Shown: positions 35,046 through 50,588, counted from the first letter of the whole stretch. The stretch: DNA of 51,088 bases, filler included, from Bipalium vagum (GCA_037834085.1; 3 parts of 3 records of this genome joined end to end with filler, not necessarily neighbours in it); one strand, 5' to 3'. Notes: generated by a model from the letters alone, not told the origin. Translations and numbers: made by a program.

Positions 35046-38000
35046 TATAATTTTTTGGTTTTTATTGTAAAATTACTGTATTATAATAGAAGCACACCAA
35101 AATAGTGTTGCAGAAATCATTATATCAATAAAATAATAAATTTTAAAAATTAGGTTTTCTTTAAATATTTAACTTCATAGTAAAACTGATGATATTATTT
35201 GAAAAAATAAATTAAAGTGATGTTAAATAATATAATTAAGTATTTATAGACTCGAATATGAATATTGCGCTCATTCCATTGTATGCGATTTTAAAAAACA
35301 AAGAGCAAATCTTAGACAAATTAAATGAATGAGGTATATTGCCCAAAGTCAAGATATTTCAGGATTGCGGAAAATAATTTAGGTCACAGAATAAATTTTA
35401 ATGGTTTTAGGTTTCTTATACTATTACCCATTTAAAGGCACCAAATTATTTTTAAAAAATTCGACAAACATTTTTTAAAAAATTATTTCAAAGAATCATT
35501 TGTTTTTTTCTTCTAGTATCATTAAATGACCGAAAACACAAAAAACGTTGCTTAAAATGTCGTTTTCTTCAAAAAAGGTATTGAAATTTTAATCTGAAAA
35601 TATTGACTTTTGTTGACTGGTTTCTGCTTGATTTTAATTGAAAAGATTCCTAGTTTTTATACATACCATTCTTATAAATCCATATATTCGGTAACAGATG
35701 TGATTAGTTTCAAAAGAGTTAATTAAAAATATTTGGATCACTAATATAAATCATTGTCCTGAGCCATGTGTTTTAAGTTAGAATTGAAGATTTACCAATA
35801 GCGTTTCTTTTACTTTATTAATACAAGATTATGAAAATGTCCAAACTTATTCGATTTATTAACCGAAATCTGAAGATAAAGAATGTAACATTAGAAGGAA
35901 CATAATACTCAAAAATGTTATTGATATATTACATGTTGGCCTGTAGAAATGTCTAAGCTGTTAAAGTCAAGGGTGAAGATTTAAAAGATGATATGTGTTC
36001 GATTTGAATTGAAACAATGAATTTGTAATTTTGCTGGAAAAAATCGTTCAAAAGTTCTTTTCTACTGTATCATCATAATTGAATCAAGACAGTCAGAACA
36101 AAATCAAAGGTTCAACTGATCACACCACGACATCTCAATACTTTGAAAATCGCAATAGATGAATGAAAAAGGATTTCCATAAAATTAAAAGAACCGTTAT
36201 TTATGATATTGTCAATCACAAAATTTGAAAACGTTAGAATTTTAGATAAACCACGCTCATAAAAAAACATTTTTCTACCATCAAACTTTCTTTTCAATTT
36301 GTTGGCCTAATGTATTTTTTATGATAAAGGATAAACTCCGTGAAGAGTTATCTCTACTTTGACATTAATGTTTATCTTTCAAAACCTTTTTTAATTTCTT
36401 TTCCCATTTCTTTTATTTTCTTTGATGAAATAGATATTTCAACATTATTTTTTAAAAATAAATAAAGGAAAGGAAAGGAAGGAAGGAATACTTCACAAGA
36501 CCTTTTGTGATATTAATTCGATAAATTATTTAATTTTAAAATAATAAATTAAAGAAAATCATTTTCTCTCATTTATTTCTACTGATTTCATCTCATTAAA
36601 AATGTACGTATGACACAAATTCCTCTGTCAATTATCATTGTTTTTTATTTCAGCTCTTTTAATATCACCAATTTTACTTTTATAGCCCAACAATAAAGCG
36701 GAAATTTTAAAATATATAAACAGAATCAATATTTTACATATTTAATGATAGATCATTGTGGTTCACGGTTGAGACTGACCAGGACGGAGCTCATAAATTT
36801 TATATAATCGCTATTTAAAGATCCCAACGCTAACAGGATAACTTGAAATAAATAATATGCTTGATTTAAACAAAATTTTGTTCATTATTTTCTTTACTAA
36901 GGGTTTATCATTGTGAATTCCATAATCTTTATTGAAATAATTTTATTTCCCATATTATCGACTTTTATTTTTATATAGATCTTCAAAAAAATTAATTTCA
37001 CTTTTGACAGAAATCTGAATATGAAAAATTAATAATATTGATAATTTATTTTAATGAATTTAATGTGTTATTTTTTAAATATTTTTTTTTAAAATAATCA
37101 ACTATCATGAAAAAAATATGAAAAATAATATTTCGTAATATTATTTTTGACATATTTTGTTTGAAAAAACAATGATGGAAATTTTTATTGATTTTATATG
37201 AGAAAATAATATAATTTTGTTGTTCAGAATAATTTTGAAAACCTCATTAACTGGGACCCAAAAACCAGGTTTTTAAAAATACTTTATTTCAGAAACATTA
37301 CAACATTTGTCATCAATATTCCTCATTACACAGAACAGATCGTCTATTAATTAGTTCAACTCACGAGTCAGCGTGTATATTGCCTGAGGTGAACTGATTT
37401 GTGAAAATTTTTATTTCGCGCATTGATTTGGATGTTTTTATTTTTTCCTTTGACTCAAAATTTCCGAATATGAAGCGATCCATGTGGCTCATAACATTTA
37501 GAGTAATTGATTGTAAAACACACTTGATTGCATACTAATCCTAGAAAAAATCCTTTCTTTTTCTGCAAGAGAGAGATTTATGTCTTGCATAATGATAATG
37601 TTTCCATGTTTATGTTTGGCCTTCAAATTAGCTGATTCAAACAAGATATAATAATACTGTCGTTTTATAATCTTTCTTTATTAAAAAGTGATTATATATA
37701 AAATATATTTTAATAGTATAAAAAATATTTAACGCAAAATATAAATGTGCTATTATTGAGTCCCTATATAAGGTAGTATTATACCTATTTAGTTTGTTAA
37801 TTTAGAAATGCTTTATTTATTATAAATATTTATTATTGTATAAACAATCAAAACGCCGCGCATTTCACCTTTTTTAATATATTATGTTTATCTCATAATA
37901 TTTTATTAATAATTAATAATATTATTTATTAATATTCCATTATACAGAATTATCGAATTATTATTTGAGCATCATCACAAAAAAATTAAAATATTTTTAT

Positions 38001-38783
38001 TTTTAAATTTTCGAAAAAAATACCACAAAAAACTTTTGATCCGACATTGATGGAAATGTATAATAAAAAATTGGAAAATGATTTCGAATTTCCTTTTATT
38101 GACAGAATTATACAAATCTCCATCATTATAAAAAAATACAGTACAACTCTTTTAATGAAAAAAAAGAAGAAATATAAAATAATAATTATTGAACATGCTT
38201 ATCAATCTGAAGAAAAAAGCAACTTAAAAGAAAAATATTTTTCAATATTTATTTTCCATTTCTCAAAAATGACTTCCATTAATAATAATTATTATTAAAG
38301 TAGACACGATGACATTCAAATTCGGGGAAAAAATGATAAGAAAAATAGATTTAAGTCGACGATGTTGTGGAGACAGTGGAAAATTTTTCCATAAAAATGT
38401 TTTAAATAATATTTCCTTTTTTTTTCACCATTTCCAGTCACACGGTAACGTTGATGGTGATTAATCAAATTACTTTTCGACAGATTTGTTTTAATGGACT
38501 GACTAATTTTTGTCATATTTCGTTGACCTTCCTGTAAAGGTCGACAAAATTAATGCATTTTTGTTTGTCAATAGAATTAATTAATTATGAAAATTATTTC
38601 GTTTTTAAATCAATGAATTTTTGCCTTTTTCTCAACAAAAGGAAAGTGTATTACTTTCAGCGATTGATATGTACAAATGGGAAAAAAAATACTTATGTAA
38701 TATTTTATTAAGTAAAACAAAACCAATATTTTGGGAATATAATTTAATTTTTTCTTTCGTTCCTTTTAGTTTTCTTTTAAATA

Positions 38784-39700
38784 CAAGAGGTCATTGAAAA
38801 TTAACCTTACAATCTTTTTTTTCTATTTGCAACTAAACAGGATAACATAAGAAGTCACAGGTTAATTCATTGATATTAGCAAGGTTTCGGATTATGATTG
38901 GACAATACATCCTCATGATTTGATCAGTTAATATCAACGAAAACAGTCATTCTCTTTATAACACTCAAAATTACAGAAGATAGATTTTCTGTTTCCTTTT
39001 AAACAGATCATTTGTCGGTCTCTGTCACTATTTACTGATACAGGATTTCCGTTATCCTCAGAAAAAAGGTTCAATAACATAGAGATTATTGAGTGTGGCA
39101 TTGATGGGGAAAACAGAGACATCTCAATTATTGGAACATTAGATTTGGTTTCAGTCCAACAGCGACTATTTTGGCTGTTTGGTAATGAATGAAATTTGAC
39201 TCATCTCTCCACCGGATGTAGTTCAGAAACGCTAGGTCCTCAAAATTGGAAAGGAATATTTGATAAAACGATAGATGGCTTATTTGGCTTGTTTCAGAAA
39301 ACACTGGACTAATTTGTAATTTATAAGGATGAAGTTTTAATCCATGCCGTAAAAGTTCCCCAAACAGTGTTTTGCGACACAGCACATATTTTGCCGATGG
39401 TAGCTGTGGACGATAAAACCAATGTCTGTTCTGAAACTGACTTTATGATGTCTCTCATTTTGTTTTCGGCCACTTCTAGCTAGGTTATGAAATGTTCTAC
39501 ATTTCTCATATTTTACAATCAGCATTCGGGCAGTATGGCGATCAGGCTAGGGTGCCGCCTTGTGATATTCTGTGTATTTCCAAATTCTCGAATAGATTCA
39601 AATAGATTCACCTTTTTGTAGCACATTTTTATATGAAATATGCGGTCTTTTATGGACAAGATTTCCATTTATTTAAAAATCCGCATTGTGGCTTTAGATA
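38784..39700 (-). mobile_element. Decayed Tc1/mariner element (DD41D/rosa-like)
   Basis: LARSGRK, GLKLHPYKLQI and WRDESNFIH, with a left end (TA)caagaggtcattgaaaatt. Confidence 0.75.
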
Positions 39701-39942
39701 AACAAATATTGTTTTTTTTAATTCGATTTATTTAAATAAAATAAAATAAATTTTAAAGTGCCTGATTTATATTTTCAGCCAGGTTTTTTAGTTTTTTGGG
39801 AAATAATCTATAATAAGATGACACAAAAAATCATTTTTTAGTAATTATTTGTTTAAATGGATAAGGAAAAAGTTACTATTTAATAATGAATAATTGAATA
39901 GTAGTAACAATTAACAATGGATTAAAAGGAAAATATGTTCAG

Positions 39943-42900
39943 CTTTTAGTAGGAAATACCGACTCCCGGAATTCAGCCAGGACAATGTTTGAGTCTCCAA
40001 TTGTTGCTAGACGGATTCGAGTTTATCCCATTAGCAAGACAGTTCCCGTTCGAGCTTGTATGAAGATCGGTATTTATGGATGCGACTTCAACGGTCTGGT
40101 TTTGTTTGGGAAATATTAATATTTACATGTTTTTATATTCATACAGATGGAATAGTTGAATATTCAGTTCATCAAGGTCATTTTCTGTTATTGCATCCAA
40201 ATGATACATATGATCTTCGAGATTTAACCTATGACGGCATTAATAGAACTGATAAAGACTCTTCCGACCTGTTACTACAAGGAGGATTGGGACAGCTAAT
40301 GGATAACATTATCTATCACGACCCTGTTAGTAATGACCGAAGCAATAAAATTCAAGGATATCATTTGGTAGGATGGAATCGAAAATTAATATCCTCAAAA
40401 AAGGTCGAAATAACTTTAAAACTTGATCAAAGTAAGTGAAATATTTTATTAAAATATAANNNNNNNNNNNNNNNNNNNNNNNNNNNNNNNNNNNNNNNNN
40501 NNNNNNNNNNNNNNNNNNNNNNNNNNNNNNNNNNNNNNNNNNNNNNNNNNNNNNNNNNNNNNNNNNNNNNNNNNNNNNNNNNNNNNNNNNNNTTATATTA
40601 TTTATTATATATTTTTTTGATAAAAGATTTAATTATACTGTAGAAACGGTAAATTTTACTTGACAGACAGGTAAATTATAAGATGAAATTTAAGTATTTT
40701 AAAATAATAATAATAATAATATTTCATTTATAATTGTTTTTTAATTTTTCAGTTTCTATTTATTACCTTTAATATTTTGCACAAAAATATTGAAAAAAAA
40801 TAATTAAATAGAAAATTTGTATTAAAAAAATAATCATTTTCTTACGTTTCTCTGTGGTTAATTTTCGGTTAAAATTACTTAGCTTAATTATCAAAAAATG
40901 CAGATTATGTCTGAAACATCTAAAAAGATTGAAGAATTTATGAAAGCAACTATTTTGTGAAGATAAAATAATTTTTCATAATTAAAATGCATTATTATAA
41001 TTAAAAAAACAAAATCTAATAGAAACCAGTGATTTTTGCAATAATATTTTTAAGTATTATTTGAAAATTTATGTAAAATGAAAAGTTTTCGTGATTTTTT
41101 AGAATAAATTAAAATAATAACGTAAATATTATTAATTTAAAAATATTAAATCATTTAAAATAATTATAAAAAATGATATCTGAATAATAATTAAGTATAT
41201 TCATGTTTTTTAAAAGGTTTACAGAAAAAAAAACAACAACAACTTTCATTTTATTTAGAAACAATAATAATGTATGTCTTGCATAGTCCTGTATCAAAGA
41301 TGAGCATCTCGTTTGTTAATTAAATCTTTGCCGCACGGTTTGCAAATACTGTGTGTAGCCTCTCGTGCATTTCTTGTTAATTTAAATTCATGTAATAGAC
41401 ATTTTCGAATTTTTGCCGTTGTTTAATATTATTCAAACAAATCTAAATCAATACAATAAAGATTTATATCAATACAGGCTTACCTATTATAATTATTATA
41501 AAAATATTAATCGAAATCGTAATTTTTCTGTTTTTCTTTAAAGTTTGTATATTTTTAAAAACGAGAGTACTTTTACCACAACCTAATATAAAACTAACAT
41601 AAATGACATATTTTTATATGTATATGTGTGATTTAATAATAATATGTGATTTATTAAAATGACTTTTTAATTTATTAAATTCATTTGACATTAAAATTAT
41701 TTAATATGAGAATCCTTTAAAATAAAAACCTAGGTCTACAAATTAGGGTACTGGTCTGGTTTTTCAAAAATAGCAATACCATGACATCTTAAATTAAGTG
41801 GTGATGAATGCCTGTCTTATGTCCTTGTTTTTAGTATTAATCAAGTGAAACCGATTGTCATCCTAATAATGGATTTTGATAATAAGTTTCACATGCAAAG
41901 AGACTCTGCTCATCATCCAGTATTTCGAAGCTCCATTCCCATAAACTTTCTTTTTTATTCATGTGAAATATAGAATATTAAAAGCAGCTGATATTTATTT
42001 ATTCTATTTTTTTTCGAAAACTTAACTCCGGATTCTCATTATTCATCAGTGCACCACAATTAATATTTTATTAAGCATATTATAATTAGCGACTTTAAAT
42101 TTATTAAAAAATTTTAAATTAAAATAAGTTGGAACTCATTAACAATTCGTTGCATTGTCCGAGTGCTGCATCTCACGAGCATTTACGGTATCAGAATGAA
42201 CCATATAAAGATTGGCTTCTCCGTTTTTTGAAGATGCCACGTACGTTTATTCTTGTTGGATATATTTGAAAAACAGGAAAAAGAATTATAATAATTATTT
42301 ATTATAATAATTGTTAAATTAAGTAAAAATTGGTTCAATATCTTTCTAAGTTCTGGATTCATTTCAGAAACCTTATGACTTGAGTAATATTAAAAAATAT
42401 ATCTACCATCCGACCGAATAATAGGTTGTAATCTCACGAAAAGTATGAATGTATATAATTGGATATATTCCAATCAAAAAACCTCATAACCAAATCAAAT
42501 CTGTTTTTGTAGTTCAAAGCTGAATCCATTTTTGTGATAAATCTGAAGAGTATAATGATATGCAAATTTAAGGAAATATCCGAAAACAAAAGTCATTTGC
42601 ATAACCCGGATTCTGGGGGTATCACATGTCTTAGAAGGCTTCAGTGAATGATATCAGCTTTAACAAAGATTAAAATTAGAAGGATCTTTTCATAATTATG
42701 GCTAAAAAGAAGCTTGGTTGTAAAATAATAAGTATTTTTCCTTTATAACTACATGGAAAAATTTCTTAAGTCGTTGGATTTTCTATTTTGCTTTATAATT
42801 TCTTGCTCTATTTTGAAGGCAGACTTTTGAACTGAGAAATGTAGACAAAAGAAATTTAATTTTAAAATATCAAGAATTGTTTTTTTTGTTTAAATCAACT

Positions 42901-45900
42901 CAAATCTTTTATGAATTTTGAATAATATAATTCTCACACGGAACAGAATGAATATTTTATCAAAAAATTTTTTTGTTTATCTTTATATCTTTCAGGAATC
43001 TTGTCTCGTAAAAACGTTTTCTATACTTAGACAATTATAATACTATCTCGCCACGCCTAAGAACAATGAGATAAATATAAATATCAAAACACAACAGTTA
43101 ATGCTATTAGTATGGATGAATCGGTTTAAGATAAATTTATTATCTTGATGATTGGGAAATGTTTAGAAATATTTATCTCTCAAATCAGTTATCTATGGCT
43201 AGGGAAGTTTATTTAGAGCCATAATAAAAATAAATAATAATAATAATAATAATTACTGAATAAGGTTCATAGAGGTATACATCAACCACATAGCCATGAT
43301 ATTGCAACATCAGACTATCATTTATTTCAATCCTTGCAAACATCATTGGTCGATAAAACATTCAGAGATTCCTACACCAAATTGTACTTGTAGGGCTTTG
43401 TGGAACAAAATGATACTTCTTCGAAAGTGAAACTATGGTATTACCTGAAAGATGGTAACAAATAATGTACAGAGCAGTGCATTAATTTTTAATAAAAAAT
43501 ATTTTTCTGGTAGAAATGTCTTTGACATAATAATAAACGCACGAAGTTTCCGAAAAACTCAATATGTAGTTCATATTATATATATATATATCATATATAA
43601 TATATATATATACAATATATTATATATACATATAATATATACAAAAAAATATTTTTTTAATGATAAAATGAAGATTAAAAGTATAATTTCTAATGCAAAC
43701 GACATGACCGTTAACATTATTCAAAAATCATTATTTTACGCTAAGCAATTTCAAAGATATACAATTTTGGAATTTTGTCCTGTGCATTCAAGCGTGTACT
43801 CCATGCATCAATCATCTTCACTGTGACGACTGAAATGAATACAATACTGGAATAATTCCACTAACATAATATTCTACTCACAAAATTAGTAAGCGACCAA
43901 TTTAAAATCATGAACATTTTGAAGGGTAATGACTTTTTGGATACCCTATACAATCATTCGACCAAGATTGTATAATGCACCAAGTGATATCGTTCATTTA
44001 ATAAATATTTTTTAGTAAACAAAAGTAAAAGTAAACCAATTCCGTTAAACTATATTTCTAATATTAAAAATTAAAGCCTATGAAAAAGAAATTTTTTCCA
44101 CTACTTTAGTGGAGGAAAATCTTAAGCGTTTTTCAGTCAGTGAACAATGTGAACGAATTATTATCGGAAATTTAAATAGATGATAAACAATAATAACACA
44201 AGTATCGTAAGATATAAATATATAATCCATAATATGAGAATAACAATGGTTACCATAGAATGGTACCTCCTTACAAAGCGGTGTAATGAAACTTTAATTG
44301 TTAAAAGTGATTAAAAAAACTAATATATTAACAGAGTACATTTAATTTAATTTTCACCATATTCAGGTTTATTTGATAATAAATTGGAATTATTATTTAA
44401 CATATTTAATTTAATTAATATTTAAACCAATAATAGTTTATAATTAACATTAAAATAATTTTCTATTACATAAGAATTATTATGCCGGTTGTATCAGACC
44501 CGAGGAAATTAACTTACTGTCTGTCAATTTTGAATGAAAATATATTTTATTTCAATCTACAGGCCGTCTCAAAAATGCACACACTTTAAATATAAATCGT
44601 TTAGTAGTTATAAGTCCTTATTTCCTGTTTTATAGTTTGTTTAAATACTCCAATAACTGGTAAGAAATTACCGCTATTTTAAACCTATAAATTTATTCTT
44701 AAATGTTGAATCATGAAAGTAGGTTGAACTTTGAGCAGCGAAAATTTATTATCAAAAAGTACTTCAAGTTTGAAAACATAAAAGAGGTACAGAACTTGTT
44801 CAAGAAAGAATTTCAAATAGATCCTCCAACAAAACTGATAATCAGTCGAATAAAGGATAAATTCGAAAAAGACGGGTTTGTTAATAATGTCAACAAAAAA
44901 ATTCTGGAAGACGGAGAATATCAACAATTACACCTAAGGAAGAAAGAATACTGGGATTGTTTAATCGAACCCCACAAACATCTTTGATACAAGCAATTCT
45001 TGATCAAGGAATCTAGAACCGAACTTTTAAGCGCTGCTACATGAAATGCTTTATACTGACGTTAGTTACTTAATTATTTTAAGTGTGTATACATTTTTGA
45101 GACACCCTGAATATATTTTCTTAGAAACTTTTATTGTGCGGAAAGTCTTCAGTTTTTGCATCATGGAAGATGTTAATAATTTTTTGAATGAATATGATGA
45201 ATTATCTCATTTCAGACATATCCCAGAACATATATTAATACGGGCAAGGTGTTTTAATAATTAATAAATACTCACCCTATATTAACAATATCTTATAGAT
45301 TAAATATTATTATTATGATTATTATTATTATTATTATTCTTTTTTTTATTATTATTATTATTATTATTTTTTTTTTTTAAACAAAAAACATCACAATAAT
45401 TGAATGAAAAAATAATAATAAATATTTTAATTAAATTTCTATATTCACAGTCTAGTATTTATTTTTTTGTTTTCATATAAAAATAAAGTTAAAATAGGAA
45501 AGACATTAGAATTCATTTACTTGCATTAATTTCTTTATATTTTTTCTTTTCTCAATTGAATAGAAACATGCTCAAAGGAATTTTAATTATTGCAGTCTAG
45601 GGCTTATCAAGCAGTCAATGCCAATATAAGACTAATATGTTATAGATATTCTAAGTATTAATATACTTTAGCAATTATAGAAAATAATGAGATATCCATG
45701 AAGAATATAATGTTCAACGAAAGCCTCTTTTTTACGCAGTCAAGATTTTCATACCTATTAAAAGAAATTCAATTGATTTTTAAACGTTTTTTATTTCTCC
45801 CCGAATGTTTAAATTATACAAAATATCAATTTGTGAAAAATAAATAAATAATTTTTTTGAGTAAAAGAAAACCATTTTTGGTGGATAAATAAATTTGAGC

Positions 45901-48900
45901 CATTCTATGTATTTTAATATTTTATCGTAAAACTATTTGACAAAAAATTAAATAAATCTTTTATATTTTTTATTTTCATAAAATTTTTGTTAAATATTAT
46001 AAAATAATAAATGATGAAATAATAAAAATAATATTATCAATCAATATTTTGAAAAAAAATTAAAATCATAATTAAATATAATTTATATTCTTCTATGATT
46101 TAGTGCAATTATTTATGCTAAAATATCTTCAGTAATCTTAACAAATTTTTGTATATTTAACATTATTTGTATTTATCTTCTGTGAATGATCACAAAAAGA
46201 ATTTAATAAAATGTAAATTATGTTTTTGGAGATCAAATGAAACAGTAAGAAAAAACATTAAAATGGATGTTCACTTTTTATTATATGAATCCTTTTATGA
46301 ATTACAATATGCTTTTTATATACTTTTTTTTATATAATTGTTAAATTGAAAGATTTTTATACTAGGAATCATATAAAATATTTTCTTTTATTTAACAATC
46401 AATATTTATTACCCTCAAGCTATTTAATTATTGGATAGTCCAGCATGAAATCTGTAGTTAATAATATTACCACCTTTAAAAGTTGATCATTTAACATAGG
46501 CTTAATGTTTTACTATAAATTTTTGGTGTTGGTGATTAGCAAAACCTGTATAAAGTAATCTTTGTAACCTGAAAAAATTATAATCAATTTTTTTAATTAA
46601 TCAATCTTATATAAAAAATTTTATATATTTGAATGTGCACCATTATCAAGTATCAGTTTTTGAGCGATATAACGACCACAAATTACCGGAAACCATAATA
46701 AAGTCATTGGCTGCAGTGTTGCTGTACAACAGATAATATCAACTCGGTTCATTTAATTTGGAAAAGGTAATAGATATAGGGTTTTCATTTCAATTTCGCC
46801 ATTAAGCGTCAAAAAATTTAAAATTAGTTAAAATCTTGCGATTCAATATTAACCTATATTGAAATGAAATTTTAAAACCTTATAAATTTATGAAATCATG
46901 TAAACATACTAATGTAAACAAAATTTTTATGGTTTACTTGCCCCTTATGACAAATGAATATCAGGGGCAGAGGTGAATACAAGCCACCATCAAATGAGAG
47001 CAGAAAGGCCATTGTACTGATGTACACCAATGGTGTTCCGAAACTTCATATTTTTCGGGATTTAGGAGTATGAAGATCTACTGTAAAATCAGTAATTAAA
47101 GGATACATCGAAACGGGAAATATAGAGGTAACTCAAAAAGGAATCCAACCGAAAAGGCAAATGTGTATTAATAATGGACAACGCTACAATTCATCGTGTT
47201 GGTGAAGTACGAGGAGTCATTGAAACTAGGGGGCATGTACTTGAATACTTGCCACCCTACAGTCCATTTTTGAACCCCATAGAAAACTGCTTTTCTAAAT
47301 GGAAGGGGTATGTTAAAAGCTTATGTTGTCAGTCTAAAGAGGACTTATTACATGGGATTAGAAATGGTTTTGATCAGATTACGACGAATGATTATGAAGG
47401 ATGGCTACATAATATGTTACATTACCTAAATGAATCAAGACTCAAAAGAGTAATTGAAAATTAATAAAACAGTGTTTTGATGTTTGTTGTTTATTTAATT
47501 GATTTTATATTATTTTAATTACGATATTTATTAAATGTTCTTTGTTATACTTTTTTAATTTTTAACCCTTTGTGGCGAAATTGAAATGAAAACCATATGA
47601 TAATAAGGTATGTAATAATGAATTAAAGGGTATCGTTTAGACTCATCCATCTTAAAGTGTCAATGTTTTGTAGTTGAAATTTTATGTCAGCATACAAGCA
47701 ATTTTAAATCATTTAGATCAAATAGGAAAGATACAAAGGTAAAATAAGTTGGTTTATCGATCAAACCAGAAATATATACTGTAACTAACTGGACAAAACG
47801 ATGTAAAAAATTTAGGAAGACATCCTACATTAGTCAGTGGATCAACTTCTATCTTATTGCATGATAACGCAAGACGCACATTGCATAAATGACTGAAAAA
47901 ACTTCAAAGACAGCACTGACTACCATTTCTTCCACAATTTTGAAAGATTTTCATAAGGAAAACAATTCAATTCTGACAGTGACGTAAAAACTGGTCTTCC
48001 AGCATTCGTTGACTTTTGCTTTCCAGGTTGACCGGCTTGAACAATCTAACGTAAAGATAATATGGAAGCATACTTTGACGAATGAAATCATTCCATGTAT
48101 TTGTAATCTATCAATAAATTTGGTGTTTCATTTTACACACTTTATATCTGACAACCTTTGTTTTAAGTTATTATTAAGATGTAATATTTGAAATTCTATT
48201 TTTTCTTTATAAAAAATTAACAAGACCCCGCAACATAATTACATAAAATACTAATATTGATAACAATTCTAAAACCAAATTTCCAGTTAAAAATCATCAA
48301 AAAATAATTAAATTAATAATAAATAATAATTAAAAAAATAAAATTTTTTTTTGTTTTTTCTGACTTTCATCTGTCTATGAAAAATATTTTATGTTTTCTT
48401 TGCACTATTTTAAGACAACTTTTTTCAAGATGAATATTAATGACATTTTGATGCAGGATGGCGATGCTTCCTAAGTAAGATTCAGAATAAAAAAAAGAAA
48501 GGGGAATTTTTTTCTTTGCTTTTTTATGTATAATTAACAAAATTTTATATCATTTTTAAAATATTTAAATGATTTTTTAAAATATTTTTTAAAATATTTT
48601 CTGATATGTTTTATATCTTCATAGAATTTTTGAAAAACTTTTTGTCTATGGCATATGTATTTATTTAAAGAATTATAAGGCGATCTACGTGATAGATGGG
48701 TCAATGTAATTTTTAATATTTTATTTAAAATAAATGTGAAATAATAATAATTATTATTATTAATTATATAATTATTTTTTATAATTAATTAATTTTAATA
48801 TTGAATCATTTTTCAAATAATTAAGAAATTAACTAATACGATTTGAAGAAAAAAGGTCAAAGGGATAATTCTTCTAATAAATTACATAATTAATTAATTT

Positions 48901-50588
48901 ATTGATTAATTATTGATTTGCAATATTACAGGATTGAGTGTAAATAAATGAATTTTTAACTTAAATTCACGATTGCTTAAACTGTTCATTGTATAAGAAA
49001 ATGGTGAAGAATTTACAAGTAAAAATAAAGTATCTCTTTCAACTCAATAAAATTGATGGAACTTGGTGGATATCTTGCATAACTTTGGTGTATTTTCTGG
49101 AAAATTATATTGGATAATGTACCTATCCACAAATTTGAAGAACAACAGAAAATCTCGAAATTTTTCCATTCTGTTGTCTTTCTATTAAACAGGAGTTTTT
49201 TTGGTTCTAATTTTGCAAACTTTTCTCATGTTTTATTCGTCCTTTAAAACTTGATGCACTGTGGTATTGTTCAAATCCAGTCTTCTGCAATCTTTCTTGT
49301 AGTCAATCATCGATAATTTCTTACAGAATCTTTAATTTCCCAACATTTTCATCACTTTTTGTTTTAACTGTCTTCCAGAGCGAGGATTATCGTGAACCGA
49401 TTCTCGTTAATTTGAAAAGGCTTTATACCATCTAAAAACTTTAGCTCTTGAAAAAGATTTATCACTATAAGCTCTCTTCAATTTTTTTAACGTTACAGTA
49501 GCAGCTTCACCAAGCTTAACAGAAATTTGATTGCTTGACATAAATAGACTGATGACTAATAGTCACATGACAATAAAAGATTGATGAAATTAATACTCAA
49601 TGTTGATTAGCTATTTTGGTAAACATATGACTACTTCTCAGAGTTACAATGTTGACAGTTTTGCCGGAAATAATCAATCTCTTTACTTAATTTACAGATC
49701 TTATATATATATATATATATATATATAAATTATTCTACGAGTCTGATAACTGTTGAAGATATTTATTCATTTTTCCAACCTGTAAAACTTTCTTTTGAAA
49801 GGAACAAGGAAAGAAAAATTGTCTGGTCGGTCTTCCATTTGTTATGAAAATTGTAGTTGTTTCAATTCAAAGATTTTTTTTCTAGTTAATTTAAGTAAAG
49901 TTTCGTTAAATTACACTTTATCCCCTGTATTTATTGTTAGACTATTAATTTCTATTGGTTCTTGAGTAATAATTATAATCATAAAAATAATAATTATTAT
50001 AATATTAGTTTTTTAAGACAGTTTTTTCTCGTTTTAGTCATTTAAGTAATTGACGGTTTAACCAAGTCGTATTTCACCAGAAAAACTTTTTGAAAAAATT
50101 TTTTGGAGATTTTCTCTTTTAAAATTAAACTCCGAGATCAACTTTTTAATTAAAACCCATTTACAGATATCCAAATCACAGTGATTTTCCTTTCTAAATT
50201 GCCATGCAATTAAATAATCTGGAAATTTTCAGATTATTTTTCTGTTATTATTGTTTTGTTTATTATTAATCAATTATAATGAAAATATTTGAATTGAGAA
50301 AGTTTGTTTGTTTAGTTAGATCAATAAAACAAGTCAGATTCTATTCATTGAATATGATCCTGAGTGACGTTGGAGTGTTTGCCAGGGCCATTATCCACTT
50401 CAGTATCGGAGGACAGATATATGATAAGATTTGTGCTCCATTCCACTACAATACGGTCGCTGACAGACGCGTCTATCACTCGCGATGGATTGACATTTCC
50501 TTGGCCAATGTTTTGACCCGTTACATGAAAATCGATCTCATTTTTGATCTGGACTGGATTGTGTTATCAGAAATTGTCGTCATGTCAG
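39943..50588 (+). CDS. DDR: Discoidin domain receptor-like (DDR) gene, internal exons 39943-40093, 40147-40431, 50316-50588 (end of F5/8C domain plus DS-like domain)
   Basis: Spliced product GNTDSRNS...PIVARRIRVYP...CMKIGIYGC|DGIVEYS...DLTYDG...GGLGQLMD...GYHLVGW...VEITLKLDQ|IRSIKQV...WIVLSEI. Both introns are phase-1 GT-AG. Confidence 0.92.
40460..40592. other. Ordinary sized assembly gap (133 N) within a DDR intron
   Basis: N run without a linker. DDR exons are in phase on both sides. Confidence 0.95.
41270..41420 (-). mobile_element. Mariner N-terminal fragment
   Basis: KIRKCLLHEFKLTRNAREATHSICKPCG. Confidence 0.8.
44560..45109 (+). mobile_element. Internally deleted Tc1/mariner element (DD41D-like, HTH only), 550 bp
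   Basis: TIRs caggccgtctcaaaaatgcacacactt and aagtgtgtatacatttttgagacaccctg. ORF 44703-44987 reads RLNFEQRKFIIKKYFKFENIKEVQ...PPTKLIISRIKDKFEKDG. Confidence 0.88.
46779..47595 (+). mobile_element. Internally deleted Tc1/IS630-like DD34E element, 817 bp
   Basis: Near-perfect 23-bp TIRs gggttttcatttcaatttcgcca and tggcgaaattgaaatgaaaacca with TA flanks. MDNATIH...LPPYSPFLNPIE has 34 residues between D and E, and is fused directly to the N-terminal HTH region. Confidence 0.93.
47640..47960 (+). mobile_element. Mariner core fragment
   Basis: LLLHDNARRT. Confidence 0.65.
49000..49700 (-). mobile_element. Internally deleted mariner remnant
   Basis: VKLGEAATVTLKKLKRAYSDKSFSRAKVFRWYKAF...RESVHDNPRSG. 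Confidence 0.85.
49698..49727. repeat. (TA)n microsatellite at the mariner end
   Basis: Tandem TA run. Confidence 0.9.

Noticed and set aside
36750-38540. Exon-like patches at about 36750, 37340 and 38420 as upstream DDR exons
   Set aside because: None translates to discoidin-domain motifs in a consistent phase.
42130-42245. GC-richer exon-like patch in the DDR intron
   Set aside because: Open on both strands with no clear acceptor, and the flanking DDR exons already join in frame.
43452-43826. 124-aa ORF
   Set aside because: Spans TA-rich low-complexity sequence and TE debris.
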